The position numbers were made by a program, and so were the translations under genes. A DNA stretch of 32,000 nucleotides from Candidatus Harpocratesius repetitus (GTDB taxonomy: Archaea; Asgardarchaeota; Lokiarchaeia; Sigyniarchaeales; Promethearchaeaceae). Location: contig JAIZWK010000001.1 of the NCBI GenBank assembly GCA_021498095.1, positions 1,230,001-1,262,000 of the forward strand. Reading direction: 5' to 3'. Positions 19,501 through 26,063 of the stretch are shown piece by piece. Each line of letters starts with the position of its first letter. Positions within the stretch are counted from its first letter, which is position 1. The notes under the pieces are model-generated. The model was not told the origin of the DNA. It did not search any database and saw only the letters and a program-made list of their open reading frames with translations.

Positions 19501-19713
19501 TTCCGCAATTAAACTTCTTTTTTGAAGTATCCAAAGAAATATCATTAAAAATATGAAATTATCGACTTTTACAATAAGTGTTTCATAAGAACTTCTCAAG
19601 TTTTCTTCTATTTTAGATTCTTCTCTCGTAATTGATTGATTGAGAATTTCATTCAAAAGATTCTGTTTCACTTTAGAAAAAAGTCGGAAAAAAAAAAGAT
19701 GTCGGGGTTTCAT
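16552..19713 (-). CDS. Large gamma-class N6-adenine DNA methyltransferase (Eco57I/TaqI-like MTase plus target-recognition domain)
   Basis: TGAYYTP, ILDPAVGTGDFL (motif I), LYGVDIN, GNSL, FNLILGNPPY (motif IV), and C-terminal 'LINSSLFYTW...FPLP' typical of this class. Confidence 0.9.
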   Translation of the reverse strand: MKPRHLFFFRLFSKVKQNLLNEILNQSITREESKIEENLRSSYETLIVKVDNFIFLMIFLWILQKRSLIAENPNIFKDIFQKISKSQNNYSNEEELTNNQPCSLSDSSGFSKFISKLISTIIFPCNKGNNQKEKKEQGDRNRSKKHKRNPIHLFDSIYVRIDPSLFDNFENQIIPFSIIENLKDSIFFVNEQKDEKSSKNEVFSQNSFHVAIFSACETFELKWGNITQTDLGFLFERFLQNETKQQTGAYYTPAYICEDIALKLFLRSVIHPIIKHLPNFNQYSKKSSFSSKIAHFNIENEVFDLISLKYFILSLDIETGYTLIRQIHQKILKLRILDPAVGTGDFLIAMDNILFCFYKEIWDICKNRQYIDILSIYLEKQRKFDLISLKSFSEAIYFFRKYEIFPKMLYGVDINPRSCRITKWRLYLKVVSQIPEQMIKNQKIHLIPMNIHSGNSLIGWDSWYDLDRFLNGNNLHKINIKIKNEIVKNLLSVHTYLQQFLEKTEINQLPQGISALIEINHISLQDSSRLLNYIVPYFKLIAEFRKNRVFFFEQYLKKETQQLITNIKYHLQKILDKLYFELYKSKSNTNNNTLKIFHWILEFPEQFPCPSPFYHPEPTSCFNSGFNLILGNPPYGNLLTSQEKKLLPNYDGLKSEISSLFISKINRLLKINGSFGLLTSYTICFNKKLSNLRKNLINSFNFLFLATFDRDKCRLFDGMTQSVSILLAFGHHPIYPKKEGKLYTTQMFRKLPSLMEFEYQPANSFLLGDYIGVSFNEPHRVPKIGTSPILELLTLFKSWTEVIPKNYHSQHKNEKIKIIRKTKLKRRLGDWIKTAIICKDEETKHYILKQYPERSSDGVWIRISGNYWYNSWHKPPYCGTQIAFLPLKSPSSSFQAFLLCLINSSLFYTWFRIFSDGRHMNKDILAAFPLPVNFPERLIRFTHLLKKCAEYLMDKLFQHYDSEHRRFNSSQIKDTLNIVDLILGILLEIPKSLVFYVINFESSIRGGNQIKHNKEQLSLLFSELECISDQLMHEDIENKVIQQFEVLFSKYNK

Positions 19714-19795
19714 TTCACTCTAATTCTCATTATTTTCTGATTTTAAAATTTATTTCATTCTATCTCTTTCATTTATTTTATTCTAATTCCTTTTT

Positions 19796-20641
19796 TTATT
19801 CTCTTTTTATTTCTTTCAACTCAACTGGTGCTTTGTCCCGTAAAATTGTTGGGTGGGATGCTCTTCTTTGTTCTTCTAAGCTGATTCTCATTTTTGGTTT
19901 AATTTCTGTATGCTTAAAAATTACTATAGAAGACCAAACAATAAATCCTAAAAAGCCTCCAATTGCAATTAATAACCATAATGTATGTAATAATAATTCT
20001 GATCTCCTAATTTCTTCAGGTGCTCTCTGAAAAAGGCCTGTTCCTTCAAGTAAATAATAATATATTCCCCCGATAATAAGAATTAAAGCAAAAGAAGAAA
20101 TTATTAAAAATATCCTTTTAGTAAAAAGAGAGCATAAAAATTGACTGATTATTAAACCAAAAGCTACATACAGTGTTATCCGAGAAATCCGAAATAATTC
20201 ATTGTAGGAATCCAATGTAGTACCATATGTAAGTAGTGAGATTCGCCACCCGAACATACGGAGATTATTAATTAACAAAGCAAGTAAAGTTAATGAACCT
20301 AAAAAACCCAAAATTACGAAAAGCTGCATTAAAATGGTTCTTTCTTCCTTATATGCCTTAGGATCTATATTTTCTCCTAAAAGCAAATCAATTTCTTTTT
20401 GTATTGCTAAAGGAACGGCAGTATCTAGAATAATAAAATCATAACCAAATTTTTTTACAATATTTTGGGCTAATTGTTTTCCTAATTCGTGATCTTTTTT
20501 AGCCGATTTAGGTCCTGCATAAAAATATACCTTTTTTTCGGTATTTTCAATAAGTAATGCAATATCATGCAGAAATAGGTTGTTAGATTCAATCCAATCC
20601 ATTTTTGATTTATCAAGAATGTAGCAGTAAATAATACGCAC
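19796..20641 (-). CDS. Gelsolin-like domain fused to four TM helices
   Basis: Residues ~1-90 ('NNLFLHDIALLIENTEKKVYFYAGPKSAKKDHELGKQLAQNI') follow the gelsolin-repeat pattern, then four hydrophobic helices and a charged tail. Confidence 0.6.
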   Translation of the reverse strand: MRIIYCYILDKSKMDWIESNNLFLHDIALLIENTEKKVYFYAGPKSAKKDHELGKQLAQNIVKKFGYDFIILDTAVPLAIQKEIDLLLGENIDPKAYKEERTILMQLFVILGFLGSLTLLALLINNLRMFGWRISLLTYGTTLDSYNELFRISRITLYVAFGLIISQFLCSLFTKRIFLIISSFALILIIGGIYYYLLEGTGLFQRAPEEIRRSELLLHTLWLLIAIGGFLGFIVWSSIVIFKHTEIKPKMRISLEEQRRASHPTILRDKAPVELKEIKRE

Positions 20642-20753
20642 CCCTAAAGTAATCCTATAATTGTATTACATTTGATTAGCAGAACATTAAAATATTGCTA
20701 TCATTTGAAAAAGGAAGAAAACGCAAAATAACCCTAAAAAAAGGAATTCAATA

Positions 20754-21671
20754 TTACATGTTTGATTTAATTTGTTTTGCCCGTGTTCTTAGAGTTACTT
20801 CGGTAACATGGGCAACATCGGCAATTTCTGTCTGAGTCTTTCGTTCGGATGTTGGTTTTGCTGCAATATACAATGCTGCAGCAGCTAATCCTTTCGGATC
20901 TTTTCCCATTTTCCGTAAACCATGACTTAATGCAATTCTCAACATATTCGATGCCTGCTTTTGCACTGAAACTGATAACTTTAAATCGTTTCCAAAACGG
21001 AAAACTAAAGGTTCTGGTGAAATTGGCTTATATTTCATCTTCAAAACTGGAAATACCATCCTGACGATTAAGCCCAATGATCTATGGACACTACGCAGTG
21101 GAAGCATGGCGACTTCTACTATTTCTTCCAATAAACGGGGAAAATTGTGGATTCGAATAGCAGCATAAACAGATGCAGTTACAAATGAATCTATTGAACG
21201 TCCCATTGTGAGCTTTTGTTTAGCTACTTCGGAATAAATTTTCCAAGCGGTTTCCACAATGTGTTCTGGGATTGTAAGTTTACGCGCCAATTGATTTAAT
21301 TTGGGTCGGGCTTCCCAAAAATTGCGTTCAAGTGAATTAACTAACGAACCTTGGATTTTAGATAATCGGTTAAACATAGCTTGGCGTTTTCCATGTAATG
21401 CTTGACCCTTTGCATCAGGAGAATTAATTCCAATAATTGTTCGTGGGCCGTAATTTCGCCATCTCGGTTCTGTTCTTCTTCGATTTCTTACTTCATCTGC
21501 TGTATAAGCGCGTTTTTCATGTGAAACATATGCTCGACCTAGAACTAGTCCACAATTGGAACAAACACGCATTCCTTCTGAATTTACAATTATATCGGGA
21601 GAATTGCAACATTCATTATCGAAGTCATCGTATTCTTTTTCATAATAATTCGGAATTGCCATAATAATCAA
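20754..21671 (-). CDS. tfb: Transcription initiation factor IIB (TFB); start possibly 21662
   Basis: N-terminal Zn ribbon (CC-x13-CSNCGLV), B-reader-like 'EKRAYTADE..R.R' and two cyclin repeats ('GRSIDSFVTASVY', 'GKDPKGLAAAALYIA', 'TQTEIADVAHVTEVTLRTR'). Confidence 0.96.
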   Translation of the reverse strand: MIIMAIPNYYEKEYDDFDNECCNSPDIIVNSEGMRVCSNCGLVLGRAYVSHEKRAYTADEVRNRRRTEPRWRNYGPRTIIGINSPDAKGQALHGKRQAMFNRLSKIQGSLVNSLERNFWEARPKLNQLARKLTIPEHIVETAWKIYSEVAKQKLTMGRSIDSFVTASVYAAIRIHNFPRLLEEIVEVAMLPLRSVHRSLGLIVRMVFPVLKMKYKPISPEPLVFRFGNDLKLSVSVQKQASNMLRIALSHGLRKMGKDPKGLAAAALYIAAKPTSERKTQTEIADVAHVTEVTLRTRAKQIKSNM

Positions 21672-22070
21672 CTAGGTAAAGGAGTTAAGGGAAATTAAGA
21701 AACATTTTATTTACAATCTAGAAGAGGTGATAAAATAGTTCTATCTAATATTTTTGTAGAGGCTTTCATACTTATAGTTAATGGTTAAAAAATTTTTGTA
21801 ATTTTAATTATAAATTTTCGCCAAATCTCTTTGGCTGGCAATAAATTTAATGGAAAATTCATATTCTCAACTGGATTATTTTGATAATTGTTTAATTTTT
21901 CTTTACTGTTTTGGAAATCGAGTAAAATAGAATCTAAAGAATTAGAAATATTCCAATTAAAATTACATGAAATAGAATTATTTATTTTGATTCAATTATT
22001 TTTGTTTTAAAAGCAAAAGTGTGCATATACATACACTTATAAATTATAATTAATTATTCGCATTTTTCAA

Positions 22071-24947
22071 TTAAACGCCTAAATTTTCCAATATAAGATG
22101 ATCTCGAGGGCGCACATTTATCGGTTTTTCTTTAAATCCCAATAATGATGTAAACCCTTTAAATCGACCATGGCCACTGAAAAATTCCATTTGATTTCGA
22201 TTACTTAAGAAAACTAAATCAAGCGGATGGCGGGATTTAATAATTTGTCTATTTACTTTTATGAACAAGGGTTGATACTGGTGTGAAATGGGATTAACAC
22301 CATTATAAATACATGCAGTCAAACGACCTTCTTCAATGCGTAGCAATTGTGCAGTATGTCCAACCAAATGAGTTCGAATTCGACTGCTGAAACCAGATTC
22401 GGGGTGAAAAATATGGATTGAGACCGGTAAAGTCCAATGTGTTTGAAGACTAAAGATGAATACATGTTGAATATTTTTAGAAGGATGCTGGAATACGAAT
22501 ACTTGAATTTTATGTCTAAAAATAAAATCTGTTCGAACAGAAATATCCAAATTTCTGTAAAAACCTTTAGATTGAAGAAATCGAAGTAGAAGGTTAATGG
22601 TTTTCAAAGAATTAAATTGAAGTTTTGGATTCAAACGGTCTTGGCTTAACCATGCCATTAGCTCTGGATAGGGAATAGCTTCTAAATCTATAACGGGAGT
22701 ATGTGGTAATTTGAAGTTAATTCGAAATAATGCACGAGTTATAAAATCAATAAAATAAAACCAAGCGCTTTTTTTAAGTTCAAAGGGATTTCGAGCATGA
22801 AAGAGTAAAATTCCCTTTCCTTTTGGAAAGATACAAATCTGATGTTTGGCTGATTTCTTTGAAAGACAGCAGCTTTCGACTTCATTTGTCACAAAATCCT
22901 TTAACACAGTACATGGTGCAAAGTGCTCATCACAATCAGGCAGTTGGCCAAAAAGAAAAACAATACCTCCTCTTTTGATATAGGAAACTAAGTTCTCTTG
23001 CACTTTACGACTTAAAAAGAAACTAGATGCAAAAATTAGAATTTTTGGGCGTTTTTTTCCAGAATCATTTTCTTTATCTTTAAAATCCGTGAGATGAATG
23101 TTTAGTGCGGGAGGAATTTTTGCTTCTATATTTTCGTATTCCAAATTAATAATTTTATAATCCATTCCTAAATGTTGTGCTGCCAAATGAAATTGAGTCC
23201 AGACATCTTGACCAAAAACAGGCGGGTGTCTAATATTCAAGTGTCTTCGTTTCCATAATTTAGGATCGTGCCCTCCATAAGCAGCTAACTCAACATACGG
23301 CATATATAATCCCAAAGCAAGCATAGTTTCTCTTTTGCTCTGTAAAAATTCACTCCCGTAATAATCACCAAAATATTTATTAATTCCAGATATCAACTGC
23401 AGTTTGTTACCACTAATCCCTGCAGCATCAATTGCTGAATAAGTGGGATATGGCTTTTTATGAGTAGAATCAATCTTTAATGACCAAGATTTTGTCCCCA
23501 CAAGAGGTGTTTGTGTATATCCAGTTGTATTTAACGCACAGCTCAGTAGCGTTTGATATAATGAAGTAAACGCATATTCAAATTTTGTTGAAGAATGTTT
23601 TCGCAATCCCCAATTAGTTGCTTTGTTAAACCTTTCAGCATATTTCATCATGATTGAATGTCGAGCATAACTTGTCTTATGATAGTTTTCTGCTTTACTC
23701 CAATTGGTAAAAGTACAAACGACTCCTGCTTGTTGTTCAATTCTTGCTAAATTTATTCTGGACAACCAAGCATCCAATCCAACCCGTAGATCTATAGGTG
23801 ATTCCCATTGTATAAGAATAATTGGAAATTCTTTTTTCTTTTCTGTATTTTTTTCTATATTCTTTTCTGTATTTTTTTCTTTATTCTTTTCTATTTTGTT
23901 TTCTGGAGTTTTTTCTTTATTCTTTTCTATTTCCTTTTCCTTATTCTGAATTGAGTTTTCTTTATGGAATTCATCGCCAACTGGAAAACCAAGCATTTTT
24001 TTCAATAAACGCAGCCACTCAATGTATTGAACTGTATTAAATTGTACCCATTCATTGATTAATAAGAGTTGGGAAGGATGACTAAAATGATTATTACCTG
24101 GATATATTGTTGGTGGGATAATTTGATTCCAAAAAGAAAAATTTGTGCGGTGTTGCGCATTAAATTGCTCGATTGTTTGATATTGTTGCCTCAAATAATT
24201 CCAAAAAGCATGAATATTTCGCAGATTATAATCTCCCTCAACCCAATATGGTGCTTTTCCTTCTGAGTAATAACCTTGATATCCTAATTGAATAAAGAGG
24301 ATCGGTCCTGCAGGATAGGCATATGGTTTGAGTATCGATTGATCAATTTGATTAAAAAAATCTTGCACATACCCCAAAAAGACAGGATCATTAGGTGATG
24401 GAAGCGGCTCTCCCTTGAGAGGTTTCCACCGATTCCTTGAACGTTCTTGATGTCCTCGAAGATAAAGATGATTTCGATAACTGCTGATCATTTCATTATG
24501 TTTTGGGTTGACAAAATCCGGCATTCCACCATATGATAAACTCGGATCTGAAAATGGTCCGATATTCAGGCTAACCCATAACCCTATTTTCTTGCAAAGT
24601 TCGATAAAATACTTGAAATTACGATTTCCTGCTGTATTTCCTTCAAAATCGAATTTTTGTGTTTTATTTGTTAAAATCCATTTAACATGATGACGCCATG
24701 GAACGGCACATTGGATGGTGTTAATACCGCTGTTTTTCATCTTTGCTAAACGATCAAGCCAATTTTTTGGGTCGTCGCGGTAATAAGGGTAGTCCCCTGC
24801 TATAATGAACATTGGTTCTCCGTTTTTCCATAATTTTCCTTCTTTAAAATTAAATATATGAAATGAATTTCTCGATGATAGATCCAAATTGCGTCGTTCA
24901 GTGCTTAAAGTCATCCTTATAAAGTTCAGCATCTGAATGCTTATCAA
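22071..24947 (-). CDS. GH35-like (beta-galactosidase / exo-beta-glucosaminidase GlmA-type architecture) protein with apparently degenerate catalytic residues
   Basis: 'NGEPMFIIAGDYPYYR..NWLDRLAKMKNSGINTI..VPWRHH..FDFEG', 'IGPF..GGMP', 'GPILFIQ', 'YQTIEQFN..H.T.F..W..IIPP', and a GH42-like trimerisation region ('VSYIKRGGIVFLFG'). Confidence 0.85.
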   Translation of the reverse strand: MISIQMLNFIRMTLSTERRNLDLSSRNSFHIFNFKEGKLWKNGEPMFIIAGDYPYYRDDPKNWLDRLAKMKNSGINTIQCAVPWRHHVKWILTNKTQKFDFEGNTAGNRNFKYFIELCKKIGLWVSLNIGPFSDPSLSYGGMPDFVNPKHNEMISSYRNHLYLRGHQERSRNRWKPLKGEPLPSPNDPVFLGYVQDFFNQIDQSILKPYAYPAGPILFIQLGYQGYYSEGKAPYWVEGDYNLRNIHAFWNYLRQQYQTIEQFNAQHRTNFSFWNQIIPPTIYPGNNHFSHPSQLLLINEWVQFNTVQYIEWLRLLKKMLGFPVGDEFHKENSIQNKEKEIEKNKEKTPENKIEKNKEKNTEKNIEKNTEKKKEFPIILIQWESPIDLRVGLDAWLSRINLARIEQQAGVVCTFTNWSKAENYHKTSYARHSIMMKYAERFNKATNWGLRKHSSTKFEYAFTSLYQTLLSCALNTTGYTQTPLVGTKSWSLKIDSTHKKPYPTYSAIDAAGISGNKLQLISGINKYFGDYYGSEFLQSKRETMLALGLYMPYVELAAYGGHDPKLWKRRHLNIRHPPVFGQDVWTQFHLAAQHLGMDYKIINLEYENIEAKIPPALNIHLTDFKDKENDSGKKRPKILIFASSFFLSRKVQENLVSYIKRGGIVFLFGQLPDCDEHFAPCTVLKDFVTNEVESCCLSKKSAKHQICIFPKGKGILLFHARNPFELKKSAWFYFIDFITRALFRINFKLPHTPVIDLEAIPYPELMAWLSQDRLNPKLQFNSLKTINLLLRFLQSKGFYRNLDISVRTDFIFRHKIQVFVFQHPSKNIQHVFIFSLQTHWTLPVSIHIFHPESGFSSRIRTHLVGHTAQLLRIEEGRLTACIYNGVNPISHQYQPLFIKVNRQIIKSRHPLDLVFLSNRNQMEFFSGHGRFKGFTSLLGFKEKPINVRPRDHLILENLGV
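23841..23948. repeat. Nine degenerate 12-bp tandem units inside the GH35-like gene
   Basis: Units begin TTCT/TTCC every 12 nt (e.g. ttctgtattttt twice, ttctttattctt twice) and encode KNTE/KNIE/KNKE-type tetrapeptides. Confidence 0.85.
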
Positions 24948-25083
24948 TTTTTTTTAACCAATATTGAAGCAAAAAAATCGATGATGAAATTAAGCGTAAA
25001 CTTATCAACATTCAAATAACGAAAGAATTAACAAAAAAGCAAAAAAAACGTAAAAGCCAAAAAATGCGCAATATATTATTCTA

Positions 25084-25161
25084 TGCAGATGATGATACTT
25101 TAAGAGGAAGACCGAAGTTGGAAACAACTAATGAAGAGATCTACTCAGGGTATCTGATGCA
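25084..25161 (+). ncRNA. Box C/D guide sRNA with two K-turns
   Basis: TGCA stem 25084-87; C box ATGATGA 25089-95; 16-nt guide; D' CCGA 25112-15; hairpin AGTTG-GAAA-CAACT 25116-29; C' ATGAAGA 25131-37; 16-nt guide; D CTGA 25154-57; TGCA stem 25158-61. Entirely intergenic. Confidence 0.88.
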
Positions 25162-25181
25162 AGTAGATTTCTTCTATTATA

Positions 25182-25703
25182 TTATTCATCATCATCACGA
25201 AATCTAGCCGGCGCACACAATTCACTGGCTTCGACTGCAATTCTTCCACAAATTTTACAATCAAATTTCGCTTTACCAACCTTTTCTTTGCAAAAGTGCC
25301 GTCCTTTTTCTATTGTAGCTCCGCAATATTTACACACATATGGATATTTGACGTCACAATAATGACCTGGAGGCTTTACAGGTTGACCACAAACAACACA
25401 TGAAAGTAAAGTGTTGGATTTGGATTCACGACTTATTTCTTCCCATTGTTCACGTAATTCGGTTGAAATTGGAACAGGATTACATACATGTGTTTCTTCC
25501 ACTCCAACCGCGCCACAATTCGCACAGTAGAATTTGATTGCTTTTAATTTTTCTTTGCACATATGACGGTGATTTATATTTTCTGCTCCACAATATTCGC
25601 AAGTATAACGCTTTACCTCTTCAGCTGGTGTACAGAAATGAACGTGCGGGGTCTTTTGTTGACAATGTTTGCAGATATGCTCTTCATCATATAACATAGC
25701 CAT
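25182..25703 (-). CDS. Small Cys/His zinc-finger repeat protein (six CxxC-x7-8-[H/L]xC units, 2 x 3)
   Basis: CKHC..HFC, CEYC..HMC, CANC..HVC, CVVC..HYC, CKYC..HFC, CKIC..ELC; an internal duplication is visible. Confidence 0.85.
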   Translation of the reverse strand: MAMLYDEEHICKHCQQKTPHVHFCTPAEEVKRYTCEYCGAENINHRHMCKEKLKAIKFYCANCGAVGVEETHVCNPVPISTELREQWEEISRESKSNTLLSCVVCGQPVKPPGHYCDVKYPYVCKYCGATIEKGRHFCKEKVGKAKFDCKICGRIAVEASELCAPARFRDDDE

Positions 25704-26063
25704 ATTTAATCATCTCATTTCAGGAGTCTGGTGAAATTAAGTGTTTAGTGTTATTTATCCTGATAACTATCTTTTGACTTTTTCTCATTAAAATATTTAG
25801 AAATTCTATTATTCCCATTTTAAACTGTCTTATTTTTAATAATCTTTTAAAAAGTTAAATAATATAAAGTGCTCTTAAGAGATATTTAGAAATATAAAAA
25901 GATATTGGGTATTGTAAAAAAATTTTGGTATAAGAATAATAAAGGATCGAAAAAATGAAAGGGAGCTTTTTAATTTTATAAAATGATCATGATTTTTCAC
26001 TTAGCAGAATCTAAAGCTTTTTTTGTATCTCTATCCTACTAGAGTTAATTTTGGTGGCATCAA

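Noticed and set aside
21820-21835. Hairpin GCCAAA-TCTC-TTTGGC in the 400-bp gap upstream of tfb
   Set aside because: An isolated 6-bp stem with no second copy or recognisable RNA context.
24981-25030. Second C-box-like ATGATGA suggesting another C/D RNA
   Set aside because: No matching D'/C'/D boxes or closing stem follow it.
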